64,000 bases of DNA from Batkoa obscura (taxonomy: Eukaryota): positions 868,001-932,000 of the forward strand of contig JASVEC010000016.1 of assembly GCA_030770535.1 (NCBI GenBank), given 5' to 3'. The position numbers were made by a program, and so were the translations under genes. Position 1 is the first letter of the stretch. The number at the start of each line of letters is the position of its first letter. The notes under the pieces were generated by a model. It did not search any database and had not been told where the DNA came from. It saw only the letters and a list, made by a program, of their open reading frames with translations. Shown here piece by piece: positions 1 to 17,153 of the stretch.

Positions 1-1993
1 TAAATGATAAAACAATAACTTTCCACTTTTATATAAAACTGCTATTACATTAAATTCACTTTCATTTTCCTTCTTATTATTCCTGATCCGCATTTCATCT
101 TCTTCCAATAGTAATAGTTCCAAATTGTCCAAATCATTCAATTGACCAATCCATTTTAATTTGATAATTTGAATTTGTTCAATTAAATTGCTATTGTTGA
201 CATTATTATTCATAATTTTATTATTATTATTACTTTTATTTAACGTTTTGATTTTTTGATTTCTTATATTTAACTTTCCAATTTGGCCATTATTACATAC
301 AAACCATAATTGATTTTCTATTTCAGGATGGAATTGAATCTAAGTTAAAATTAAATAATAAACTATTATTATATTTATTATTGTTATATTAAATAATAAT
401 AAACTTACCTTATTGACTGAATGATGAATATTATTCCAAATATTAAAAATCACTTCTAACTTCTTCTGTTTTCCATCTAATTTTAAAATTTTAATTTTAT
501 CTTCATTATTAGCAATAGCAACTAATGATTTATCCCACTGAGCAATCGAAACATTTGAAATTGGCGAATTCAAAGTGTCGGTACTTTTTTTGATTTTGTA
601 ACTTTTTAAATCCCAGCAAATAATTTTACGATCTAATGAATATGTAATTACAGATTGTTGGTGTTGATTAATTAATATCGAAAATAAACTTCGTTTATGA
701 CCATCTTCTTTCTTGTTTTGAATACTAATAATTTTATTTGTTACCACTTTCCATAAGTTCAATTTACCACTACAAAAATGAAATAAATAAATTCAATTTT
801 TATTATACCACATTTCTTTAATATAAACTTACTTTTTATTCGCTACAATCAATTGTAACTCCTCCTCATTTAACACATCAAATGTAATAAACCCTTCATC
901 TTTATATTTTTTTTTATCCAACTTTAAACTTAATATATTATTACTTTCTTTCTTATTTAAATTATTAAATACAATATAATATTGATCCAATGAGCATGAT
1001 ATTAATATTGGGAATTCTTTATTCATTATCTCTATATTACGTTATATTATATTGTTATTAGTTATTATTATTAGTTATTATTACTAGCATTATATTATTA
1101 AACTTACCATTAATCACCAATTGAATTTTTAATATTTCCAAACTATGCTGATTTAATGTAAATAAAACATTGATCTCCAATTCAGTATCAGCTTTTGCAA
1201 TCAATATAGTACCATCCTTATATCTTAAAAACATTATCAATTTTACTTAATAAATGTCAATAATATTTACCCAATCGCCAAATAACATTCCTTATTAAAT
1301 AGTATACTATCAAAGCAAGTAATTTGTCCTTTTTTAATTTGGTACTTTTTAATTTTTTTACTTATTAAACTATACAAAACTAAATTCCCAGTTTTATCCC
1401 CTAAAATAAAATAAAAATAAAATAAAATAAAATAATTAATAAATAGGGCTTAGTTATGATTTAACTTGTTTTATCCTTACCACAAACAATAATGTCTTTT
1501 AACCTCATCCAACATACCGCCATAACATCTTTCTATACCAATTAAAAAACTTAAAAACTTTCATTCGTCATTGAAATTTTTTGTCTCTCTTCAAACTTAC
1601 CTTAAACCAAGCAAATTCAGCCACTATTTGACCTCTATCTGTCCCCCTCCCACCTTTCCAAATTTTAACTTGACCATTCGCACCTCCGGTCAGAAATCGG
1701 CTAACTTTTTCCCTCTCCTCTTCCACCTCATTTGGACTATTCTCTGAAATTTCTAAACAAAAACTAGTCACTCTAGGGTAATGGCAATCAATGTTGAAGA
1801 TTAACTCAAAAGTTGTACAATCAAGACAATAAATGCCATTTTTACTACAATAATAATACAATTGTGAATTTGGATCGAGACCAAATAAATTACTATTGTA
1901 CCAATTAGGAGATTGGTAAATGCCATAAAGGCTATTGGATTCATATAACTTTGAGTGTTGAGCTATTTCATTGAATTGAAGCGTATCATCCAT
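1..1993 (-). CDS. Gemin5-like WD40 repeat protein (multi-exon; 3' end runs off the window)
   Basis: ORFs 1568-1993, 1058-1240, 829-1026 and 340-762 are joined by GT-AG introns. N-terminal 'QSPNWY' resembles Gemin5 'PSPNWY'. 'GHKRSLFSI', 'SLDRKIICWDL' and 'IQFHPEIENQL' follow Gemin5 WD-repeat order as recalled. Confidence 0.7.
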
Positions 1994-2250
1994 TGAATAT
2001 ATTACTCTCTTTTATTATAAATTAGACAAATAAAACAAGAAATAAACTTAGTTTTTAGACAATAAATTGAGTTTTTTAACATTGTCATTTTTTAATTCAG
2101 TAATTCCTCGGTTAAAAAATATCCTTTTTAGTTCTACCAATCAAATTTCATTTCTCTATTATCAATAATTTCAATTTTTAAACCCTTTAAGTTTGAATGA
2201 TTCATTTTTCTTCCTTATTACCGCTAACCACCACCTAACAACGTACCACA

Positions 2251-2817
2251 ATGGTTCATCCAAACGAGCTATTATTCCGCGAAGGTCTTGAGATTATCTT
2301 TAATTTATGGGAATCCTTGAAACTTGCTATAAGAAATGAGTGGGGAGGCCCTGATTCTAAAGAAAAAAGGGATTGGATGCTAGATATTATAGTAGCTGAA
2401 TTTCGTACAAGTAAAGTTTATTTAAATCAAGTATTTTAATGAGTTGTTATTAATAAAAGGAAAATTTTAATTAATTAGAGGGCAAACGTATAGAAGTATT
2501 TGATATTGAAGATATCTTAACTCAAATAATGAGTGATGAATTTGAAACCATTTTAGAAGATGATTCCGCATATATTGTAAGTTTTTACATTTCAATTTTA
2601 ATTTACTTTCACTGGTTTAATCTTTTATTTCAACAAGGTTTCCAAAGACATCTTTAAATTATATGGTCAAATAGTGAAGTCAGATCTCTCCTTCTTAACC
2701 CGATTGAGAGAAATCCAACAAATTCGAGGCAACAGTAGTGCTAATATATTACCAAATAGCATGGAAGATGGACAAGATTCTACTGATGAAGAAGACGATG
2801 ATGAAGAAGGTATGTAA
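2251..2817 (+). CDS. TSR2: Pre-rRNA-processing protein / Rps26 escortin TSR2
   Basis: 'WESLKLAIRNEWGGPDSKEKRDW' WGG motif; 'IEDILTQIMSDEFETILEDDSAY' in exon 2; acidic tail; two short introns. Confidence 0.9.
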
Positions 2818-2886
2818 AAAAAATTGATAGAGCGATAGAGATATAGAGGATTCTATGAAAGGGGGTTGATAAAGTTTTTTTATAGT

Positions 2887-4113
2887 TCATTTTTTTAATA
2901 AAATATCAAGTTCACTTTGGTTTTGATGGATTTTTGTTGTTGATTTTGAATGATACAGTTTGGTGCTATACGTTTGGATCGAGGTTAATAAACTTTTTTC
3001 TTGATTTATTAAGTCGATTAATTCACTTTGAAATTGAATTGTTTTTTGTAGCTGATCTCAATCATGTTAGTTATTAGTTTGATTTATTATATAATTATCA
3101 TTACTTTTGTTTGTTTTTCAAATTTTAATTGATTCTTATTTATGTCTTGATCCCACTGCTCTATTTGATTTACAAATGTAGCTAGTATTAATTAGTACTT
3201 TATCTATTGGTAAAGGTGATTTTAATTACCTTTATCAAATTTACAATTTTTAATAACCAATTTGTTTGAAATGGGATTAAAATTAGTAGCTAATTGCTGA
3301 CAATAAGGTAGATAGTTTTTATAATTAAGTTGATTGAAAATAGTAAATTGTTTCTAAATAAAAATAAAGATAAAAATAAAAATATAATCAATAGAATATA
3401 AAACTACCATCTCCTTTAAAACATCGTTTCCTTTCTCCTCTTCTTTTTTAATCTCAATTTCATTCTCTAAACTCAAACTTTCCAACTGTAATTCCCTTAA
3501 TCTATTTGACTCATTTCCATATTGAATCTATAAAAGATTACGTTTTAATCGTAACAGATTAATTCGATACTTTTCGTTACCTTTAACCCCTCTCTTTGTT
3601 TTTGAAAATTCTTTTCTGTTAGCAAGTTCAAGTATTCACTTTGAATATAAAGCAATTTGGTTTTTAATTCTTCTTCTTCGTTGGTTATAAAAGACTAGAA
3701 ATTTAGTAGCATTAATTATTGTTGATTTTTTTGTTTTTAAAATCGAATGTTCTACTTTTAACTTACATTTTCATTAGCTTGCTGCTGTTGCTTAGGTACT
3801 TTTTCTTCTTTTTATAATTAATTAAAATCATTTTATCCAAAATAATCAATAGAATGCCCATACCTTTTTTCAATCCATTATCTTTTTTTTCAAATTTCAA
3901 TTGTACAGTTTTATCTTTAATGTTATTTTCATTGTTATTCAACTTAACTAAGGGCTTAATTAGTCTCATTCACTTCATTTCAATTTTCATAACTTTACTT
4001 TTCTTTATTGAATTACTTGATAATGTAGAACTGCTTCTTTGTTGCATTAATGTCTCCTCTCTTTCTTTCTTGACACCAATTTGATTTTTACTACCACTAC
4101 CTTTTCTATCCAT
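2887..4113 (-). CDS. Coiled-coil protein, possibly augmin subunit HAUS8-like (multi-exon)
   Basis: ATG at 4113. Manual splicing gives a continuous frame: basic low-complexity N-terminus, then 'KLLYIQSEYLNLLTEKNFQKQ...GNDVLKEM...YCQQLATNFNPISNKLVIKN...NQEKSLLTSIQ', TGA at 2887. Family assignment is by eye. Confidence 0.5.
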
Positions 4114-4233
4114 AATAAAAAAACAAGCAAAAAAAAAAGTGAAAAAAACTTAAAACTGTTCAAAAAAATTTGAGTAAAAAAATACTACTAATATTTATTC
4201 ACTTATAATTTAACTTGTTATATTTTATTTTAT

Positions 4234-8455
<4,222 letters not shown>

Positions 8456-9047
8456 ATTGAATAAAAAGGTTACAATTTTTTTTAATTGTATTGATAATAT
8501 GGGAATTTGATTAGTATTTTGATTGGTTAGAGACAATGGGATTCGCGTAGTTGGCTTATTCAATCAAATTGACTATGATCTTTTGATTAGCTTTAATTGG
8601 TAAATTGATAAAAAATCACGCAAAATTTTATTTGATAATGAGTTAGTAGTCATTATTTTATCAATATTTTTATTGTTTGACTTATATTAGTTATGTGTTA
8701 AAGTTTATAAGCTTATTTTCTTAATAACTTAATACATATTCATTAAGTTATAATCTCATTATATTACAATAATTATCTAGACTTTAATTTTGTTTTAATT
8801 TAGGAATGTTTTTTATCCTCATTGTTTTGTTTATTTTTTAATATTTAAAACTGGATAATTTGCTTATAGATTTTTATAGACATTATTGTATATCTTATAA
8901 AAATAATATTGATACCAGAATCAAAGTCAAGTTTACAACAGTAACATATATTATGAAGGTTTTAAAGTTTTTAAGCCTAGTAATGTATCACTTTATAATT
9001 TAATATAAGGCTATAAAGCTTTTTAAACAAATATAAAAGGAATGATA

Positions 9048-9147
9048 TGGGAGTGTTTTTTTGACTTCATTGTTTTTTCCATTTTTCAAGCAGTATTTAA
9101 GCGGAAAGTTTGTTAGTAAAATTCTTAAACACAAAAATACATCCTCA
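9048..9147 (-). mobile_element. ~100-bp MITE family A copy
   Basis: TGGGAGTG...ACATCCTCA imperfect TIRs, TA on both sides; reverse-complement match to 61733-61832. Confidence 0.85.
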
Positions 9148-9311
9148 TATTATAATAAAGTTTAAAAATAGTTTATTTAAAAATAAAATAAAAAAAGCTT
9201 TAATAAACAAAATAAAGATGAAAATAATTTTATTTATATTTAACATAATATTATCAATTTTGATAATAATTCTAGTATTGTTTTTTTATTTTTAAAGATA
9301 ACAAAAGCATA

Positions 9312-9411
9312 TGGGGATGTGTTTTTGTATTTAAGAATTTTATTAATAGCTTTTCCACTCAAATAGCCCTTAAAAAATGGAAAAAGTAATGAGGTCAAAA
9401 AAACATCCCCA
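9312..9411 (+). mobile_element. ~100-bp MITE family A copy
   Basis: TGGGGATGT...ACATCCCCA TIRs with the family internal core. Confidence 0.85.
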
Positions 9412-9571
9412 TGCTTTTTTTAAAATTATAAACATTTATATTATTGTATCAATTAGAAAATTACTGTACTATAAAAGTTTTAAATAAATGAAATGATATT
9501 TTATCTTATATCATTTTATTAAAATAGTGATATTTATAAAATAGTTGTTTTTTTAAACTAATTTAATAATA

Positions 9572-9672
9572 TGGGGATATGTTTTTGTGTTTAAGAATTT
9601 TACTAATAATTTTTCTACTCAAATAGCGCTTAAAAAATAGAAAAAGTGATGAAACCAAAAAAAACATCCCCA
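9572..9672 (+). mobile_element. ~100-bp MITE family A copy
   Basis: TA-TGGGGAT...CATCCCCA-TA. Confidence 0.85.
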
Positions 9673-10221
9673 TATAAATACAATATCACAATGAGTATAT
9701 ATGTTTTTTGAATACTTATCAATAAATTTAAGATAAATTATAAAATGGCATACAAAAAATAACATGAAATTAAAATCTTAACTTTTTCATATAAACAATT
9801 AATTTTTATTATAGTCAAATTTAATAGCAAAGTTTTTATTTAACTTAATAATTTGTAATTTTTATTTAGTCTAAGTCATCTATAATCATTCTTGCATTTA
9901 AAAGCATCAACTAAAAAACAAGCTAAATAAAAGTTGCTATTAAATCAAATAATAATATCCAAGTAATTTTTAAACTAACTATAGAATCCGTTTTTTTTAC
10001 TTATACCTCTATGCATAATATTAGCTTTGAACATTTTACTACTTATTTTTAAAAATAAATAGCTTAAAGTTACAAATAGCTTATAACAATAATTTAATAA
10101 AATTGTATAGCAAATTAACCAGACTTTTATCTTACAAAATATCTGAGTCAAAAGTGTTATCGTTTATTAATTAACAAACCATTATCAAAAAAAAATTTAT
10201 ATAGCATTTAAATAACTTATC

Positions 10222-10780
10222 TTTGTGAAATCTGGTACTCAGTGATTCGAGCCAAATGTAATTATTGCTTGTTGAATGTGGGGATATTTTTTTTGGCTTC
10301 ATTACTTTTTCCATTTTTCAGACACTATTTGAGCGAAAAGATTATTAATAAAGTTCCTAAACAAAAGAACACATCCCCATATGCTGTAAGTCGAGAGGTC
10401 TTAGTTTATGTGACTAAGTTAGATTTGGATTATGAAGAATAGCAAATAATATGCTACATAATATGTAAGATAGATAGAATAGACGATACTACTGTAAAAT
10501 CTACGTAAAATACTACTAAGAAAATTTAGTGGCTTTATTAAATGTAATAGATATCAGGGAATAATTGGGTTAAAAAGCCTCAAGTTATATTTCAAAATCT
10601 CTTTTATATTCCGACAAGTATGGATATTAAAATGAGAAGATGATGTTCTTTCGAATGAAGTTGGAAATTCACACATCAAATCAAAATAAGGGTTTGAAAT
10701 CAATTGTCTCCGAGCTCGAGAACACAGCTTAAGTGATTATTATGCTATAATCAATCATGGGGCTGATAAAGTAATATTTC
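10222..10780 (+). mobile_element. Partial copy of long-TIR element (family B), interrupted by a family A MITE
   Basis: Collinear with 60525-60987 from 'tttgtgaaatctggtactcag' to 'atatttc'; right TIR not seen. Confidence 0.85.
10279..10379 (-). mobile_element. MITE family A copy nested in family B element
   Basis: Full TIRs; absent from the homologous position in the 60525-61187 copy. Confidence 0.9.
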
Positions 10781-10984
10781 GTATCTTAAAAGGATCAAGT
10801 AAATAGCTTTTGTTATTATCACATTCCTTAAGAGTAATTAAGCTATATCGCATTTAGTAATATTTTTTAAGTTATGTTAGAAATGTTTTTTATACCTTTT
10901 ATCCTTTATATTTTATTAAGTGCTTTAACTTTTAAATCTATAGACACTATTTTAAAAATAATCAATAAGCTTTAGTTTACATAA

Positions 10985-11163
10985 TGTTTTTTCGGCTTCA
11001 CTTTTTCCATTTTTTAAATGCTATTTGAGTGGGAAGATTATTAATAGAATTCTTAAAAAGTACATGGGGATGTTTTTTTGGCTTCGTTATTTTTTCCATC
11101 TTTTAAGTGCTATTTGAGTGAAAAAATTGTTAGTAAATTCTTAAGTACAAAAATACATCCCCG
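10985..11163 (-). mobile_element. Two adjacent MITE family A copies (partial ~10985-11059; full 11065-11163)
   Basis: Family core 'ttttccattttttaa.tgctatttgagtgg.aa.att.ttagtaaa.ttcttaa' occurs twice. Confidence 0.8.
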
Positions 11164-11389
11164 TATCATCATAATATTTTAAAAAGTGAATATTGATTTA
11201 AATCTAACTTCATATTATTGAATAAATATTTGAACATAAAAAGAAGAAAAAGCTTGCCTGTTTTAATGATATAAACAAGCTTAGTGATATTTATTGATAA
11301 ATAAAAATAAAAATATTAAATAAAAGCAAGAAATAATAAAAACTCTAAAAACTCCCCTTTCATACAACATAGTAATTTAAAGATGATCT

Positions 11390-13110
11390 TTTTGTCCATT
11401 GGCTTTCATAAGAAAAGCTCCCAATATTCAAGCATTGCTATGGCATCAATGATAGCTAACTTATAATATATTTTTCTTAATAATCTTTCATTACAATATA
11501 GTAGCAAAAGTTGAATTTATCAACAACAAATTTTATCTCAAAAATTTTACCTTGGATATTTTTATTACACTTTTTTTGAGCGGCTGCAGTCATTGAGGTA
11601 TTTAGCTGAAAGTCACTATTTAGATAAATGAATTGATCCTAATTTTTTTCATGGACTAATCAAACGGTCTGAATAGTGATATTTCTACTCTCATTTTTGG
11701 CATTTGTTGAAATGTTTATCACTAACTTTAAGTGATGAATAAATTGCTCTTACAATAACTTTCAATCCATTATCTAGTAATAATATGCTATGAATTAATA
11801 GAGTTATTCCATCAGTTTACTCTTTATTCTTTATTCTTTATTTTTTATTTTTTATTTTTTGATACAACTGTACCTGAGATATTGTGTAATTATATTAAAC
11901 TCAATTTATTTAAAAACCTTCCTTTGAATTGTTGTTAATTGATCTGAAGTTATAAAAAAGTTAAATTCAAGAATCCTAGCTCCATCATAATCTTATAAGA
12001 TTGTTTATTGCATTTTTCCTTCTAAAACATTTGGAGGATTGTGAGTGAGTACATTTTTAGTATTACTCGTTCCTTGAATAGTAGCGTTGAGTGCTTCTTG
12101 TTTGATTTCTCGAAAGTTAGAGACACTGGATTCAAAATTTTGTATTGATTATTTGCCTGGCATTTTTATTCAAAAATAATCCAAAGATAGACCTAAAGTT
12201 TTCAATATTGAGTAAAGATCTAGAAATGTATAAAAGAGGTAAAGTCTATATTTTATTTTGAAAAAGTTAAACAAATTTAGTGGTACTTATCAACAAACTA
12301 AAATGTATCGCAAAGTGATAAATAAAAAAGTAGCCAGTAACTAAAACTCCAATATTTCCCTTCTCATATGAACAATTAACTTGAGGATAGTCTCTTTACC
12401 TATTGGGTTCTCCAACTCAAGTTTTTTTAACTTAATCATTTCCACTCTATCAATAGAGGGAATGGAACCAATAAGCTTTTTTAAATAAGCTTCTATAATA
12501 ATAGAATAGCAGAGATAGACACCATCTCCCATAAACTTCATCTCAATAATTTTCATATCTTTAAACTGTTTTGTATTACAATATTGTTGAGCTGCTTCAA
12601 TCATTGAATAAGCTAATAATACATCTTCATCTAATTAAACGATTTTTCCTTAACGCTTTTCCCTGTAAATTAATTATACAATTCGATTATTATCATTTGT
12701 GTATTTATATGTGATCTTAGTTTCAAACTGTTGATGATCAATTTTGAATAGTTCATAACTTGGTTTCATAAATCAATCGAGCTCAATCAGTTATAAATCT
12801 TTGACTTTGTGGTATATTTGAACTTTGATCCTAATTTACTAACATATCTTGTAGTTGGTATAAGAGTCTTCTTTGGACGTTTATTGATTGGTTGGAAGTT
12901 TTAAAAAAACTGATCCAAGGGTCTCCTCTCCAGTATAATCTTTAGGATTAAACATTATGCTTCACCCTCAATAGGATTTGGAGGATTATAATTAAATATG
13001 TGTTTTATACCAGTTGTTTCTTGGATTTTTATGTTGAGAGTTTACTTTCCAACTATTCCAAATTTGGAGACATTGTATTGGAAACTTTTAGTTGGTGATC
13101 TACGTTGCAT
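11390..13110 (-). pseudogene. Decayed coding relic, possibly retroelement gag/protease-derived
   Basis: Stop- and frameshift-broken frames without clear introns (87-aa ORF 12341-12604; 'FNPKDYTGEETL'; 'ILLLDNG', weakly like an aspartic protease D-S/T-G motif). Confidence 0.3.
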
Positions 13111-13421
13111 TTTTTGAGTTTTAAAGAAAATCAAAATATAGTTCAAGAATAAATTCCAGAATTAAAAAGTTGAAATCATTTTGGGGTAAGTTTATTTTCA
13201 ATCCCCAAAAATAGGATTGGAAATGGAATTGGAATCCTCGACTACTATTGGTTGGATTGCTATTAAACTAACAAAAAAAAGCATTAATTTTTAATAGTAA
13301 AAATAAAATTATTTGTTTTTTTAAACTAATATAAATTTTAATTTAGTATTAATTTTTTATACTATAAAAAGACAATATAAACTTCGAATAACTATTAAAA
13401 AAGAGACACAGTTTTTTAAAG

Positions 13422-15630
13422 ATGGTACATAAGAGTAAGTTTATATAAAAGATTTATCGAACATCTGATTCTGAACTAAATTTACTTAGAAAACCCAAGT
13501 AAACGTGTAACAACTCGTTTAAGAGCCAAGAACACTAAGAGAGCTGCTGAAAAAAAACGTAAAGATAAAAAAGAAGCTAGAATTAATCCACAAAGTAAAA
13601 GTAAGTTTTAAAAATACCCCATTAATACTATTATAACAATAACTAATTCAATTTCAAGAGATCAAGAAGGATCCTGGAATTCCAAATTTATGGCCATTTA
13701 AAGAGAAGCTGATTCAAGAAATTGAAAAGAGTAAACAAGATAAAGAATCGGAACGAGCTGCTGCTAAAGAAAAGCAAAAGAAAAATTCATTATTAAACAT
13801 GGTTAATGAAGCTAACAAAAGAAGTGAAGCATTTAATAAACAAGTTAAAAATAATGAAGAAGATGAAATGAGCGCTATGGATCCTGCTTTAGTTGGTAAA
13901 AAAGATAATAGTCGTAAAGCTTACTTTAGAGAGTTTAAAAAAGTTATCGATAACTCCGATGTCATTTTGGAAGTATTAGACGCTAGGGATCCACTAGGTT
14001 GTCGTACTAGAAATATAGAAAAATTAATTTTGAATTATCCTAATAAAAGGATTATTTTAATTTTAAATAAGATTGGTAAGAAAATAATTTATTAAATATT
14101 AAGAACGCAGATGCTTATATGTGTTTTAGATCTTATCCCTCAAGATATAGCTAATCAGTGGATTCTTTATTTAAGAAACGAGTTCCCAACTATTGCATTT
14201 AAAGCCAGTACCCAAAATCAACGTACCAACATTAGTCAGAAGAAAGGACATTTGAAGAACAAAACTATGGATGAAGTAACCTCTACTTCTTCGAGTCTTG
14301 GAGCTGATTCCTTAATCAAATTGTTAAAAAATTACTCACGCAGTCAAAATATCAAAACATCATTAACTGTAGGTGTCATTGGTTACCCAAACGTTGGTAA
14401 AAGCTCCTTAATTAATTCATTAAAAAGAAGTAAAGTTTGTGGTGTTGGTGCAAGCCCTGGGTTCACTAAAGTAGCCCAAGAAATTCATTTAGATGCTAAA
14501 TTAAAGTTGTTTGATTGCCCTGGTATTGTATTTGGTGGAAGTCAAGCTAATATGAATCCTGGGGATTTATTGTTACGTAACTGTATTAAAGTCGAATTGC
14601 TTCAAGACCCTATTTCACCAGGTAAATTAATTAGTTTAAATGTGATAAATAACGTATTAATTTGATCGTTTAGTGGATTATTTACTTAAAAAATGTGGGG
14701 CCCAAAATTTAATGATGCATTATAGCTTACCAGCCTTTAGAGATGTTAAAGGGTTTTTAGTTGAATTAGCTCGCCAACGTGGGTTTATCAAAAAGGTAAG
14801 TGAAATCATATAAGTTCATACTAATATTTTAATTTAACTCAATTTAATAGGGAGGTGTTCCAGATATTGAAGGTGTAGCTAAATTAGTCTTAAAAGATTG
14901 GAATAGTGGAAATATTTCTTTTTATACCTTACCACCAGAAAAGAAACAAAGTGCTACTAGTTCAAGTGAATTAGTTACAGCTTGGTCTAAAGAATTTAGT
15001 TTACAAGATTATGATGAATCGGTCAGTGCAGATAATTCTATAGCTAGTAAGAATAATAATAAAGCCATGGTTATGGTAAGAGGATTTTTTTAAAATTAAT
15101 TGGGCTGGGAATTAATAGAATTTTGTTTTTTTAGGAATCTACTTTTGGCGAAGTTGAAAATGAAATTGAAAATGAATTTTTAGAAGAAATGAATATGGCC
15201 GAAGTCATTGATGATGATGATGCTATCAGTGCTAATGATGATAGTGAAGAAGAAGAGGATGAAGAAGAAGAAGAAGTTGAAGTTAATAAAATGATAATGA
15301 CAGTATCGGTAGGTATATAATATACAACAATAATATAAATATAATATGATATTAAATTTCTTTATTCTTAATTAGACTAAAAGTAAAAAAACTGGCGGAG
15401 TAGAAAAAAAGATAACTGCCTCTGAAATAAGTATTGATAGTCAATTAAATCAAACAATTAAAAAACAAATGAAACAAAAAAATAAAGCATTACGTAAACA
15501 AAATCAACGTGCTGAAGAATTATTAGAAATGATGGAAGAAGAAGAAGAAGTTATGGGAAGTGATAGCGATGAGGATAATGATGATTTTGATTTTGCTCAA
15601 TTAGATGGAGGTTTGCCTATGGAAGATTAA
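13422..15630 (+). CDS. NUG1: Nucleolar circularly permuted GTPase (GNL3/Grn1 family)
   Basis: '[14 protein letters not shown]' N-terminus; permuted motifs [21 protein letters not shown]; 'GGVPD'; acidic tail; several introns. Confidence 0.95.
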
Positions 15631-16119
15631 AAGAGGAGAGTGATGTTTTGTAAGGAGGTTTTAAACTATAGAAATAAATACAAGTTATTATTATGTAGAT
15701 TTAAAATTATTATTAATGTTTAATTATATTTTATCTATAACAATAACTTAATTTTTATTAATAGCGTAAAGAATTGCTAAATTTATTATCATTTATAAGT
15801 ATTCTATCCAATTTTAAAGAATAGGTTAAATGATTAAAATGAGATGATAAAAATAGAGGGAGATAGTTAGTCAAAAGTTAAGCAGGTTTTTTTTAAAGAG
15901 TAAAGTTATAAAATAAAGTCTTCCCCTTTTATCATATACAATAGTTCAATCTCCAAAGGCTAATATATAACAACCAATATCAGATATGTATTCTAAATTA
16001 ACAATATAAATTATTTTTAGTTTATCATTTTATAATCTATAACATTATTTTTGAAGGGACAATTATCAAACTTATAGATACATGTATTAAATATTTTAGA
16101 ATTTTGAATGGACAAAATA

Positions 16120-16216
16120 TGGGGATGTATTTTTTGTTTAAGAATTCTGTTAATAAATTTTCCGCTCAAATAATGCTCAAAAATGGAAAAAGTAATGAAA
16201 CCAAAAAGCATCCTCA
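16120..16216 (+). mobile_element. MITE family A copy
   Basis: TA-TGGGGATGT...GCATCCTCA-TA. Confidence 0.85.
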
Positions 16217-17153
16217 TATATTTTTATTAAACCTAACACGCTCCAAGTCTAGTAAAGAGAGTTTAATACAGAGCAAATAGGAGCAGCAAGAAGCTATAAT
16301 AATTATTCATTCAAAGAATAGATCGGGAGTAATGGACAAAGTTGAATCACCAGTCATCGAGATAAAATATTATAGTATAAGTAAAGGGATACACAAACTA
16401 AGCTAATCAAGCGCCAAAGCAACAAATAATAAAATATGGGTGAGGGGCATACTTAAGATAAATTCACCAAACATCAATCTAATAAAGAATGAGTGCCTCT
16501 TCACTCAAACTAAGTTAATCTAACACCAAAACAGCAAAGGATCATAGCATAACACCAGGTACAACTGATCCAGTGCTACTTTAATAAATAATGATAGAAA
16601 GGCAGAAAAATAGTTATGATCAGGAAATTTGAATCACTAACGTAGGTATCAAAATCAGAGGATCAACAAAACAAAAGGTATAACTAGTAGCATTGAGAGT
16701 AAAAGTTAAGGAAAGATAGAACGGTACTTTTTTTTTGAAAAAAAATCCTGAGAATAAATATTTTGTAATCAATTTACTAATTAAATAATAGAATTTTAAA
16801 TTTGATGTGAACTACAGTTTGAACTTGGAGCTAAAATGGGTTCTAAAACTGAAAAGCAAATAGATTTTTGTTTTAAATTGCTTCTACTGAGTGCTGAAGT
16901 GATTAATTTTTGGTTGTATCAAGATATTTATAGATGATACTATGAGCCAAATGTTTGTTTGATTCTACTGAGAGATATAGGTAAGTTAATTTAAGAGATT
17001 AGTTAAATATTTAAGCTTATGAGTAAGGTGTTAAAATTGAATTAATATTAATTTGTTGTTTAATTCGAAAATATTGAAAATAAAGATTTAAAAAATAAAA
17101 CTAAAATTTGAGTAATATTTTTGATTTCCATTTGATATACTAATAGAAAAGAA

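Noticed and set aside
3950..4000. Apparent in-frame TGA early in the coiled-coil gene (possible readthrough or editing)
   Set aside because: It falls inside a normal ~51-nt GTAAAG...CTAAT...TAG intron.
9110..16217. Short ORFs 9110-9295, 10242-10442 and 16017-16217
   Set aside because: They run through MITE copies or low-complexity AT-rich DNA and show no protein features.
16391..16538. Imperfect ~36-bp direct repeat (caaactaag.taatc...ccaaa.ca.caaa) in an A-rich intergenic stretch
   Set aside because: Only two degenerate copies with no ORF or element boundaries; cannot be supported as a feature.
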